Below, one piece after another: positions 41,176 through 54,544 of a DNA stretch of 64,000 bases. The position numbers and the translations under genes were made by a program. The stretch comes from Octopus sinensis. Its lineage: Eukaryota. Each line of letters begins with the position of its first letter. Position 1 is the first letter of the stretch. The stretch spans positions 74,524,001-74,588,000 of the forward strand of contig NC_043008.1 of the NCBI RefSeq assembly GCF_006345805.1, read 5' to 3'. The notes beneath the pieces were generated by a model. That model saw only the letters and a program-made list of their open reading frames with translations, searched no databases and had not been told where the DNA came from.

Positions 41176-44100
41176 TTATATATTCTCCTCCTGATTCTTA
41201 TTCTTCTACATCTCCCCTCCATCCTCTCTTCCTTTTTCTTCTACCTCTCCTCCCCTCCGCTTCCTTATTCGTCTTTTTCTCTTCTTCCTCTTACTTTTTC
41301 GTTATCCTTATCTCCCTCATCCTACTCCCCTTCTTTTTTAATCTGCTCCTTCTTCTCTTCTTCCTTCTTCTCCTCATCCTTCGGGCATTTTCTCTGTTTT
41401 CCCTGGCCCTTGCTTCCTTTCCGTTTTTCCAACCAAACGCTCACATAGTATTCAGTGAAATGAGCCTATTTTCTCATATTGTTGAGAAACTTACAGACGG
41501 TTTTCGATCACCAAACAACCTTTATGTTCGCCATTCTATCTGCGTCCGAGACCTTCAGCATTCTTCTAAAGTGCCTCATCTCCATCTCTGCAACATTGAT
41601 AAGCTGCTGTACTTTATACTTGTACTCTTATACTTGTTTCAGTCATTCGACTGCGGCCATGTTGGAGAAGAAATCGACCCCCGGACTTATACTTTGTAAG
41701 CCTAGAACTTATTTTATCGGTCTCTTTTGCCGAACTGCTAAGTTACGGGGACGTAAATACACCAACATCGGTTGTCAAGCGATGGTTGCGGACAAACACA
41801 GACACACAAATGCACGCACACATACACACACACATATATGCATACATATATGCGAGAAAAGGTTGAGTTCTATTTCATCCTTTACTTTGTAGAGGGGTTC
41901 CAAAGTTAGATTCTTCATAGCAAATCGGTAGCTTACTATTGTAAGTATTTTTTAAACGACCGTGTGCATGGATTAAAATATTATAAAACTTTTAGCACCT
42001 TCTCTTCTCCATCTTTAATTGTTTGTCGAGTGTATATATGATACGTGTTTTATAAATACTCATAACACACCTTATACATATATACATATATATATATACA
42101 ACGGTCTTCTTTCAGTTTCTGTCTACCAAATTCACTCACAAGGCTTTGGTCCGCCCGAGGTTATAGTAGAAGACACTTATCCAAGGTGCCACGCATTAGG
42201 ACTGAACCTGGAATCATGTGGTTGGGAAGCAAGCTTCTTACCACGCAGCCACTCCTACTATCTGTCAATTGGCATTAGAGAATTATTGTCCCCTTGTAAT
42301 AATAGCGTTCTCTTCGATATAAAACTGCCTTTTCTTTTTTTACTCTAACACTACCAAAATCGCTACGACACGGATATTTCACACAAATATTTCTTCAACC
42401 TACCACTTCTTTGACTGTAATTAACATAGAATATCATATAACTGTTAAATGGGAAGTCCTTTTGAAATTTGAAATATCCTGTTATTCAATAACGCGCTGA
42501 TGCTCCAGTAGTATCTTTCATCTTATTTATTACAATTTTTTATTCTTATCCTGAATTCATTCACTGTCTTTCTATCATGTTGCGGCGCGAACTTAAACAG
42601 TTTTTTGTTTACCGGTCGTTTGCAGTTGTAGTCTGAAAATTATTTAACCAATCTATGCTTAAAGGGTCTGGTTAAATTACCTTTCTGACACAGCACCGGT
42701 TAAAAGACCGGTGCTTTTTTGGTCAGTTTTAAACGCATACACCGCCACGCACATATTGGCATTTCAAACGAGTTTGCAAACAGGTTTCGAATTTTGGTTG
42801 AAGTCATATGGTTATTCCTTTATTACCTTGATTTTGAGAAGAAAATGAACGTAACTACGTTCTTGACGATCACAAAAACACATGATATACCATACATATT
42901 GGAGAAAATCATTTAAAAAATTATTTTTTCAAGTGTGGTTGAAATGGAAGAGGCAAATGAGATTCATATTGAATGTCAGGTTCGATGGAAAGTCCCATCG
43001 AATTCTTATTTCGAATCTCGAGTGTGCTGGGATCAATACACCTTTTTGTGACCGATAAAGTACCAGTCATATAAAGAGCTTAGTATTCTCTGCTACAGTC
43101 CTCCCCAAAACCACCGGTTGTACTAGAATTTTATCATTTGTATTAGAATTTTATCATTTGAGCTGAATTCTATTAATCCAGAGTTTCAGTGTCACTCGTG
43201 GTGTAATATGCTTTCCATATGCTAAGCCTCAATAAAATATTAAGTACCAATAAGGACCGATTAATCGTTTATAGTCGCTTAGCTACAAACTTACCATCGA
43301 TTATCGATCAGTACAAGCAAAACCATTTGCATATTTTTTATAAATACATTTTTCCGTTCCTCATCTATTCTTTCCTATTGTCTTCATTATTTTTATTTTG
43401 CATTTCTTCGATTTTGCTCGCATGTGTGTGTGTCTGTGTGTGCGTGTGTATGTGTATGTGTATGTGTCTGTGTATTTTGGTTCCATAGGAAAAGTTTTCC
43501 CAATACAATGACGAGATTAGTGACAAAGATCAAATTGTGCAGAGAGCAGGTGGAATAGAAAGTTATTATCTCAGTAAGATGGCGTCAAATGAAGCAAAAA
43601 ACGTTAAAATGAAGTCCTTACGGACTTATATGTAAAGATCTTCTGAGATATTGAAGGAAGGAACGAGAAGCAATAACACATCAGCAAATTTACTGGTCTT
43701 CACTTCAAAATTTCCTAAAACAATATTCTATTACCGTCTGATAAGAACTCTGCAGTACAGTTAAGCTGCAGGCCAATCAAATTGATGATAGAATTTCTAT
43801 CAAGGCTTGCAAACATTTCACTTCAGTTCAACCAACAATACACTTAAAGGTAAATATCTGATTTAGTACACGAGAATCAAATACAATGATTGAAAAGATA
43901 TTACTATCGAAAGATGAATCAAAACTTCATATACGATGTAGAGGGCGTTGCACAATAAAATTGTGAGAGTGGGGATTTCACACGGTGGAATCCTCGTGAT
44001 TTCAGTTCAAAAATACAAACCAGAAAATCGGAGATTCAACCATAAAAAGCTTCTATCTAATTCAACATTTTACATTTTGATAAAATCGCCATTTTATATT

Positions 44101-44647
44101 TTCTCAGAAATCAGTTGAGAAATCACGTGGTTTACACAATATGATTTATATTCCTTAACTCCCACATTGAATTTTATTCTTCACCCCTAACCGCCACTCT
44201 CTTACTTTCCCTTTTTATCACATCACACACCCACACACACATACACATGCATGTACGTCTATCTATGCGTGTGTGCGTGCATGTGTGGTGTGTGTGTGTG
44301 TGTGTGTGTGTGCGTGTGTGTGTGTATGTGTGTGTCTGTATGTGAGTGTGAGTATGTGCGTGTGCGTGTGTATGCGCGCGCGTGTGTGAAGCAAGCCGAA
44401 AACTTAACAAATTCCTGATTTCACGGTTCCGATTTTCAGAGGATTGTAAAGATAACAATGTCATCCAACCACAATAAATAGAATGTATATATTTATGTGT
44501 GTATATTTGCATGTTTGCATGTATGCTTGTATGTATGTCGTTATTCAGTTTATTTCAAGATTTCTTGCCAAGAGAGAAAGAACCGGTTTCTAACCTAGAT
44601 CCAAGGCTCCTTCATTGGAATTTTAACATCAACAACAGGGTATCTTT

Positions 44648-44830
44648 GTATGTATGTATGTATGTATGTATGTATGTATGTATGTATGTATGTATGTATG
44701 TATGTATGTATGTATGTATGTATGTATGTGTATGTATGTATGTATGTATGTATGTATGTATGTATGTATGTATGTATGTATGTATGTATGTTTGTATGTA
44801 TGTATGTAATCATGTATGTATGAATGTATG
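44648..44830. repeat. (GTAT)n microsatellite
   Basis: Directly visible; also 13291-13350, 37280-37370 and 53330-53418. Confidence 0.97.
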
Positions 44831-47659
44831 TGTGTGCATATAGCAAAGCTCGCAAAACAAAACAACATTGAGAAAAACATAACAGGGATGCTACCATAAC
44901 GAGATAAACACATGAACTGAACGAGCGGAGGCTGTGCTTTTTGGGATAGCGTGTGCGAGCTGAGCGCCGACTGGCGGCCGCTTTTATGAAACTTGCTCGT
45001 TCTGTCGGTTTTCAGTCGTACTTTAGGACAAAATTCGCACGGGCCTCGGCTCGTACAGCAAATTACTCGTATAATGGTGCACTCACTGTGAGGTTCTACT
45101 CAGTGTGTCTGTGAGAGAGAGGGAGAGAAAGAGTGTGTGTGTTTGTGTGTGTTTGTGTGTGTGTGCTTGTGTCTGTGTCTGTGGCTCTGTGTGTGTGTGT
45201 GTGTGTGTGTCTGTGTGTGGAAACGTAATTAAGTGTCTTCCCAAAAATATCATGGTTCAGATCTGAAGTCCAAATCGAAAGAACCTTACGATAAAATATG
45301 CTGCTTTTCAGATAGACACAGCTGATAGTTGAGCGACAATTGAGAAATTCCATGGTGATACGGAGATGTTAAACTTATGTGCAACCACGTGATTTAAATG
45401 CATGTAAGCTTCCTTTTCTCAAAAGCTAAATCTATTGCGACAAAGCAGTAGCAAATATATATTCTGAGAAAATAAAATAATACCTGTGCTAATAATTTCA
45501 AATCTTAAAATCATGTTCATTCCTATGTAAGTCCATAGCTGTGTTTTATGTATTTAGTCAGTAGATATCAGTCATATAAACTATTGTCAATAGCTGCTCC
45601 ACCTTATCCAATAGGTTGTTGTTTTTGGGGTTTTTTTTTATTTACCTCAGCCTAAGACTGCTTTCCAGTATTTAATCCCTCATGTGCTTCGTGTATAGCT
45701 GTCTCTCATGCATTTATTCAATTCATTATGTGTGGCCCTGTAGTCCAGGACTCACTACTAATTGCAACAGAAACGAAATTAGTGTTATTTGTCTTGAATA
45801 AAGTTTTTTTTATAGCATACTAAAAGTTCCAAAGAAATGTCGGAGTGGAACATGGTGAAATAACAGTATGAAAAAAAGATCGTTATTTTGCTGTTTTTTA
45901 ACTTGGTGCAACTTCAAATGGGCATAACATCTTAACTGATCAAGATACTCTGAAACAAAGAACACCTTTACCTATATTTTCATAAAAGTGTTAAAAATGA
46001 GTTACCAACCCTATAAAGTTTTAAATGATCCTCCCTACCCTTCCTTTCGCACACATATATGTCCACAATAAAATTGTTTACCTCAGGATAAAATAAAACT
46101 CCTAATCCCAAGTGCTTTCGTTTATATTAACATCATCAGGGGATAAGAAAGAAAGAAAATAAAATACATAGTTAGACACAAGTATAAGCTGTCTTTCGTA
46201 TATACCGTAGCCATGGTACTTGTGTTTGCCGGAAAATTATTGACACCATTTGTCAACAAGCGAGATATATTCCCCGTGACAAAACGCAGCGAGTAGCTTG
46301 TTCCCCAGTTCGATCGTGCATCAAGCATATTCAGACTGATAATAACATTGCAATTTCACTTATCACTGCTTAGCGCTCCGCTTTCGTAACCCAAAAGCTG
46401 TCTGTCATGTATCTCGTCGATAGATTTCCGTCATGTATTTAGTCAATCGCAATCTCTCACGTAAAGTTTATTATACAGCTGACCCTCATGTATACAATAG
46501 TACAGTACTTACCATTTTGATGGCAGTAGTTGGTAATTACACTATTTAACTTTTTATCTTTTATTTGTTTCTCATTAGACTGCGGCCATGCTGGAGCACC
46601 ATCTTCAAGGGTTTAGTTGAACAAATCGACTACAGTACATATTTTCTATGTCTGGCACTTATTCTACCGATCTATTTTTGTAGAACCACTAAGTTACATA
46701 GTCGTAAACGAACCAACGCCGGTTTTCAAGCAGTGTGAGAAAAAACAAGTACAGATGCAGACACATGATGCACACACACATATGTATGTATTTATATATA
46801 TATGTATATATATAATGCATACTATATATATAAATATATATATATAAAATACATATAATAAATAAATATCTATGTATATAGTAAGAGGAGAGATATAATA
46901 TCTAGGAAGATACCGAATTTCTCTGAGTATAGAGCCAAGGCTGATTCCTTCTCATGGTGCGTTTATTTTATTTATTTATTTTGGTACTCTTCCTTCAGCT
47001 CCCTTCTGATGTTCCAGTTTATTTCTTGGTTACTAAGAGTGTAATATACAATAAATGTTTCTCTAAACATAACTATAATAAATATAATAGTAAAGGCACA
47101 TATAAAGAATAGAATAGAATAGAATTCAACTTATAAGATTATATATAACAAAACCTAGAAGCACATTAAAGCATTAATAATAAGTTAGTTGAATTTAAAA
47201 TACAACTGACCACATGGTTCTTACTGATTTCTAATTATCCACTACAACTATTAATAACCTTCACAAATTCAAATAATATAATCAACTCTAAAATCTATCA
47301 AAATATTTTGTGTCTATAAAGCATGTAGAATCAATCAAAAATAGGTATTCTACATGTAATCACTCCCAACCTAGCCAAGAACATTTACTAACTTCAACAA
47401 GCACTGCTGCAACTGCTACTGAATTTTTACCAAACAGGCAGTTGAGAAAAACATCTCATAGAAGAATGTCATGGTTTACTACTACTACCAAGCCTAATTC
47501 AAACTAATAGTAGAGGAAAATTCCACTTTCAACAATCCCATGCTTATATGTCCTGAAGAGATCGTACTAGTAATGCATAAATCGCTGCATATCAATATGC
47601 AACAACATGCAGTTGCTGCGATCGATTTATGACTGAAACAAATAAAAGAATAAATGAAT

Positions 47660-48047
47660 TTTGGAAGCACTCCGTCGGTTACGACGATGAGGGTTCCGGT
47701 TGATCCGAATCAACGGAACAGCCTGCTCGTGAAATTAACGTGTAAGTGGCTGAGCACTCCACAGACACGTGTACCCTTAACGTAGTTCTCGGGGATATTC
47801 AGCGTGACACAGAGAGTGACAAGGCCGGCCCTTTGAAATATAGGTACAACAGAAACAGGAAGTAAGAGTGAGAGAAAGTTGTGGTGAAAGAGTACAGCAG
47901 GGATCACCACCATCCCCTGCCAGAGCCTCGTGGAGCTTTAGGTGTTTTCGCTCAATAAACACTTACAACGCCCGGTCTGGGAATCGAAACCGCGATCCTA
48001 CGACCGCGAGTCCGCTGCCCTAACCACTGGGCCATTGCGCCTCCACT
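47660..48047 (-). mobile_element. Full-length, young tRNA-derived SINE with 12-bp TSD
   Basis: Minus-strand head ggaggcgcaatggcccagtggttagggcagcggactcgcggtcgtaggatcgcggtttcgattccc (A and B boxes, CpGs retained); gaataaatgaat at 47648-47659 and 48048-48059. Confidence 0.93.
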
Positions 48048-48150
48048 GAATAAATGAATAAACTAACCAGAAATTAACATAAAGTTTTAATGTTCAAATT
48101 CTTCATTCTCCTTATTATTAATATTGTACTATATATATATATATATATAT

Positions 48151-48322
48151 AAAGTTAATCCAAACATGAAAACACAAAGAGAAAACACAACAACGTGAGG
48201 ACGTGGAACAAGTATAGTGTTATTGGACGCTCAGGAAAGGAAAGAAAGAAGGAGGATTTAACGTTTCGGGCGGGGCTCTTCGTCAGAAACGTAGTAAAAG
48301 GAAAGATCCAAGGAAGGGAAGA
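48151..48322 (-). mobile_element. PLE pLTR-like fragment abutting (TA)n
   Basis: Contains the HHR motif at 48257-48289 and ends in (TA)n. Confidence 0.65.
48257..48289 (-). ncRNA. Minimal hammerhead ribozyme motif
   Basis: Minus strand: ttt-CTGACGA-a-gagc ccc gccc-GAAA-cg-TT-aaa. Palindromic ACGU stem III; one mismatch in stem II. Confidence 0.7.
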
Positions 48323-48459
48323 CGTGGCTATGTGGTAAGAAGCTTGCTTCCCAACTCCATGGCTCCGGGTTCAGTTCCGCTGCTTAGCAACTTAGGCAAG
48401 TGTCTTATGCTATAGCCTCGGGACGACCAAAGCCTTGTGAGTGGATTTGGTAGACGGTT

Positions 48460-49502
48460 CTTGTAATGATGATTTTGGAGGATATCGACTCCTTAGTTTT
48501 TCTAAAATGCACCATAAATGTTCAATAATATTGAGATCACTAGAATATTCCTTGTACCTTTCAGTAACAACTTTAGCTGTGTAAACTGGTGCATTATCAT
48601 CTTGAAAGATTACGTTTCCCCCGGAAATAGTTTCACAACCATAGGATGAATTTGATCAAATAAAATGCTTAAATAGTCTAGACTATTAATTCTGCCATGA
48701 AAGGAAATCACTGGGCCGGCGGATTTTCAAGATATAGCCCCCCACCCAGATCATCATAGATCCACCTCCATGTTTAACAGTTGGAAGAAGGCAGTCTAGG
48801 TCAAATGATTCTTTTGGCTGTCTCCATACGTATACCCGGCAGAATATTCAGGAAGAAGGTAAAGGATGACTCATCCGAGAAAATATCATTCTTCCACTGC
48901 TCTAGGGACCAATTCTGTAGGTTTTTACTCCACTCTTAACACTTTGCAAAGTTTGTTTTTGAAAGTAGTCGTTTCTGATTGCAACCCTCCCATGAAATCC
49001 AGCTTTGTGCTCCTCCCAGCAAGCAGTTCTTGTGGAAACGGGGTTCTTGAGGTGGTCATTAATCTCTGCATTAATTTTGGGATCTGTACTTTTGTGATCC
49101 TTTCTAACTACTCGTGTAAGAGTCCGACGGTCCCTATCTGAAAGTTTTGGTTTTCTCCCAGATTTTGTTTCGATGAGGAGGTTTTTCCCTCGTTCTCATT
49201 ACTTTCGAGACAGTACTTCTTGATATACCAAATATTTCGGCTGTTTTCGTAACGCTAGCGCTTACCATACGAGCGCCAACAATTTAACCTCTTTGAAAAT
49301 CCGATAGATGTCGTTTTAATGTATTTCAATTACCTTTTTCTAATGATATCTGAAAAGAAACAGCAACTTTAGCAAAACATATGAAGCAACACTAAGAATA
49401 AATCAAAAACATAAAAATAAACAAGCTTTTGTCAGTTTTATCGATATCTCAAAATTATGATGCTATGATGCTAGGTGTTTCCATTATTTTGTCCAACCCT
49501 TG
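48460..49502 (-). mobile_element. Tc1-type DNA transposon, 3'-truncated, transposase disrupted
   Basis: Terminal (minus strand) caagggttggacaaaataatggaaacacc; 'IFSDES', 'TVKHGGGSMMIW', 'IFQDDNAPVY' and 'DLNIIEHLW', with an internal deletion removing the WP..SP motif. Confidence 0.9.
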
Positions 49503-50738
49503 TGTATATATATTATACATGGGCTTTCACACGAAATTCTATCACACAAAATTCGTCGGCCCTGGGCTATTGTAGAAGACACTTTCCTGAGGTAATGTGC
49601 TGTTGGTCTGAACTCGAAATCACGTGTATGCAAATTGAACTTCTGAACTACAATACCATACCTCTGCCAATGTTGAAAGTAATTTGGTGGTAATTATCTC
49701 AATTGATTTTGTTGAAAGTAGGTTTGGTTTTTCAGTTAATGTGCCATCAACCTCTGATGAAACTAGCCAAGAATTTAGTCACAAAATAACTAACCTTAAT
49801 AGAATATCTGAAGATTTTACGGTATTTATGTTTGCCGGAAAATTGTTGATTAACCTAATAGATTTCTTTCCGTATATGTTTTTGTATTTACCCTGCATAT
49901 TCTCCATAAGACGTGAAATTTCTCTGGATATCTTATTATAGTATTAGCGGTGTTTCATCACCGAAGATCGAGTATGCATGCACAATATATTTGCTCTTCT
50001 ATTTATAATTTTTTTCTTCTTAAAAACAATAGGGTCTTGATTGAATAAATAAATACGTTTCAAACTGTTGTTTCGTATTGTGGTGTCAGCGAAATTTACA
50101 TTTATTAATTATATTGATTACACAACACAATTACTGCTTAGCTCAGTACTCCACAGCCGCAATAGGCAAAACCAGAGGGATTTTAAGTGCATTGATCATT
50201 AACAAGTGTTTAACCCTAGGACTGATCTGAATTTCAGGTCAGAACCAGCACATCATTTTTCTTTTGTGCGTCCAGAACTACACGATTAAAATATATCCTA
50301 CCTTTTCTACGTTAATAGACCATGTTTGAGGGAGATTTTGGTTGCTATTGCTATCAGAGCGAGCAACCATATAGAGACTTTCAGTGCTGTTTATGAGATT
50401 TAGGCCATAAACCTTTTCCCTGATCTCAAAGACACTCTCTGGTTGTGATTTATCCCGGATTTATAGAAAATAAGATCGTGAGGTCTTCATACACTTCCCA
50501 AATATATTGATGGTGTCAATGATGGTCAAAACTACTTCAAACGTTTGGTATATACTAGATTAGGACAAAGATTTCCTAAAACAAAGTAGTGATATATCAG
50601 AAGCAAAGACCAAGATGAGTCAACGAAGGAGACGTTTATGCTGTTGCTCTGAGTGCGAGAAATAGAAGCCAAGCAAGCTATATGTTTCAAAATAGGAGAT
50701 AAATATAGCTATAATATAGTCCTTGATTTATTGTATCA

Positions 50739-51700
50739 CTAGCAAATGCACCCGTCCTTTGGACGGTATTATTTATTATAATGGCGCACTTCTGTGGACG
50801 GTTTAAGTTGAATTAGCCCACAGTTAGAAGTCGTTTCAATTGATAAACGTAAAATGTATAATTACCATTTTCATTAGCAATTTATGACAAGGTACTATGA
50901 AACTTAATGCTTTTTTTTAACACAAATTTGGTACTTAGTAATAAATGAAAGTCCATGAAATGAGGTTGCAATTGCAGTAGTCATTAGGGATCCTATATCT
51001 TACTTGAAGCATTTTGTATCATGTACTTATTTTTCTAGTAATGCCTGACACAACAGCATTGAAGTTTTTTTGGGGTTTTTTTTCATTGAAAGTCATGTGT
51101 GATAAAGAAAAGCAAACATTTATAGCGAACATGCAAATAGAATAATGACATGTACAAAAATAAATGTCAGAGCATATTTATGAGCGATCAGCGTGCGGGA
51201 AGAAGGGCCATTGAAGTAACGTACTGTTAACAGTAATCAGGGAAATGAAGCAAAATATCAATAAAATGCTTGCAGGAAGTCTGATTGCTCACGGCTAGAG
51301 TGTGGCGTAGATGTGAAGAATGCAGCAGAGGAATAACTAGAAGAATGCAGTAGAGAAATAACTTAGTTTCAGAGGGAACAGAAGCCTCTGTATAGGATAG
51401 GGACAGCCTGTTGGGGGTTGGTGGAATTTTCGGAATGAAAACGGTATCGTTTTTGCCGTGTCCCGTGATAATTTGGGCTTCAATGACGCGTTCCATTGCA
51501 TAGAGATGGTTGCGTTTATATTGCATACAAGGATGACAGGGCAACCGACTTTCAAGTGAAGTTCATAGTGAGGGAGTTCAGGAGAATCTTGGGAGTTGAG
51601 AAATTCTGTTGGAAAGTGTGTAACCCATAATGGGCCGGGAGTAACCTGGGACAGAAAAAAAGATTTTTCTAAACCAAAATGGTGAGTGCTCTAGATTCTA
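50739..51700 (-). mobile_element. Non-autonomous Helitron with PIF1 helicase remnant
   Basis: Minus-strand 3' end: hairpin ccgtcc-aaa-ggacgg (50752-50766), 9 nt, then CTAG followed by T. Helicase remnant 'FPTEFLNS...ELHLKVGCPVIL..NI', 'IEAQIITG.GK.DTVFIPKI' and 'FPLKL'. 5' end uncertain. Confidence 0.88.
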
Positions 51701-53944
51701 ATGAAAAAGAGTTGAGTATATTGTATTTTTTGCAGTGCCGCGATATGATCCTGGTACTGAAGAATGAAAGAATTGCGAAACAAATTTTAAAAGGGTTAAG
51801 AGTATTTTAGCATGAAATATTATGGTTTCAGGGAGTAAAATACGTTGGATATTGACAAAATATTTCCATCGAAAAGAAAGCAACCATGCTAATTTAATGA
51901 TCCCAAACTACGAAGTAATTTCAGCATTAGGTGCTTTTTTCAACAACGATTTATAAACAATGTTGTAATTAATTAATTTAAATTCTGCCATAATTTTGAT
52001 ATTAGACAAAAATAGCTTTAAATATCTGAACATAAATTTTTAAAGTTCCCGTGAAATTTTCAATATATTTCCTCATGTCCCTTTTTGAAAGTAATAAAAA
52101 GAAAGAAAATAGTTTTGATTAATTTAACCAATTAAATTCTATTATGAATTATTGGCGCCTGATTTCTATGGAAAATATCCCAACAGCTATCTAAAAAGCA
52201 AATTTGTAATGCAATCTCTTGGGATATTCAAGTATCAACACTTTTTTCCATTAAATAATACGGCCTTAAATAACACGGTACTACTGGAAAAATGTCCAGT
52301 TACCTTCAAACCATAGTCAAGATTAATTTGGTAAATTTTACACAATCATTTCAAATTCTGAAATTGTTTATAATTATTTAGGATGTAATGGTTTATCATC
52401 ATTATTTTCTTTTTATTTATTTGTTTCTGCCAGGTTTTATTAACAGCAGGAACGACAGATTATCATATTTACTCTTAGTATTTATTTCGAGTCTTTATAT
52501 ATTTGTATTCAATTTCCACCAAGTTAGGTTTTATCATTTATCCTATCAGAGTCATTAAAATACCAGATATAAACAAAATCAGTTCTAAGGTGTACAGCAT
52601 CTCCTTTCTATATATTAACTTGAGACGTTAGCCAATAAAAGGTCTTCGCGGGATATCACTCGCGGCATATCATATTGTTTGCTTAGGCTTAATCAAGTAT
52701 TCTTGTAATATAGCTTGTGTCGCCAAGAATACTTCAACCATACTTCTGGAATTTTAGATATGAGAGATAATCGTTCATCTAAGAGATAATCGTATCATCC
52801 AAGAGATAATCTATATTGCACCAAATGTATTACAAACAGAAATGACTAATCGGTAGCGAGAATCAACAGAATCTGTTGAACAAAGATTGTAAGGTCTTGT
52901 ACTAATTAGTTGCCCTACCACACACATATGCTTGCGCGCACACATACACTCTATATTCTAGTCTGGAATCACATCAATGAAGAAATCAATAACATAAGTG
53001 TCAGTTATTTAATGAGGCCAATATAATCAATCATAACTTATATCACATGATGCATTGCTTCGTAAATTCAGACAAATTTAAATCAATCAGGATATTGCAT
53101 TCGAAGTTCTTGCGACGTTATCAAAGGGCGATAACCTCATTTATCACGAAAATCAGAGTGGGGAATGATTACTATTTCAATAAATTTAATACTTATGTAC
53201 TTAAATAAGAACACAAGCAAACACACACATACACACACATAAACACACACACATACATACGTACGTGCATGCATGCATGCATACGTGCATACATACACAC
53301 ATACACACACATACATACACACGTACATACATATACATACATACATACATACATAGATACATACATACATACATACATACATATACATACATACATACAT
53401 ACATACATACATACATACAAAGGCGCCTTTGTTTTGTGGTCGTCACTGACATCACCATAATTTAGATATTTTTAAAACTGCATTAACTTGAGCTCGAGCC
53501 GACGCATTATCAAGGATGGCATCCAAGACCACCGCGTAGTGGGTGTTGATAAGAGATTGTTTTCCTGGCCAGCAGCATCTGACCCTTCCATAAGAGGCAG
53601 TAAAGCAAGCACTGGATTCTAATCAGAAGTTTCTTGAGACAAGGTACAAGGGTAGGGTGGTGCTACGCCACCGATATGATGTGCGCATTAACTGCCTCGG
53701 TCTAGCCTTCAAGAAACAGCTTCCTGTCACCCTGTTTCATTGACATTGGCCACCCTGCACACGAACTCTTCACAGTCCTTTTCTACCGTACCTCATTCCG
53801 AGCACTTTCAATGGGTCTTCAGTCCAGCAACAATAATCAATGCAGGCCAATATGGACTTGTTTCTCCAAGTGCTTCGTTACAAGTCCACCGATTTGTCCT
53901 AGTTTATGTATGCTCGTGTGTATACCTGGTATTCAGTGGAATGA

Positions 53945-54450
53945 CAACAGAAAAAAGATAATAGAAGCATATCCCAGAATAGGTCTCAGAAAGTGATAAA
54001 GTAGCCATACACTGGGATATGACAATTAACACAGATAGATATCAAGTTTAATAGACCGAATGTAGTTGTGAGAGACCAACAAGGAAAAATACCTTCTATT
54101 GGATGTAATAAATACCAACAGATGACAATGTATCTTCAAAAAATACAGAGAAACTCTCGAAATTATAAAATAAAGATAACTAGAACGTGGAGTCTAAAAG
54201 CAGAAGCAATCCTTATAAAAATTGGGTATGATGAAAAAACATGTAAGCAAATACATAACAAAGTACCAGGACCTAAGAATATATATAATATACAGAAAAT
54301 AACACTGCTAGATGCCACACATCCTACGTAGAACACTTTCAATACAGTGAAAATAACAGCACCAAAACTAACCACAGCACATACCCAAGGCACAGAGAGC
54401 TGCGCTCGGTAATGTAGCGAAAGTATGTAATAAAGATAAGACAACTGAAT
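53945..54450 (+). mobile_element. Decayed R4/Dong-type 3' fragment (family B-like)
   Basis: 'NRPNVVVRD', 'NIQKITLL', and a 3' UTR cacagcacatacccaaggcacagagagctgcgctcgg running into (TAA)n. Confidence 0.85.
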
Positions 54451-54466
54451 AATAACAATGATGATG

Positions 54467-54543
<77 letters not shown>

Positions 54544-54544
54544 G

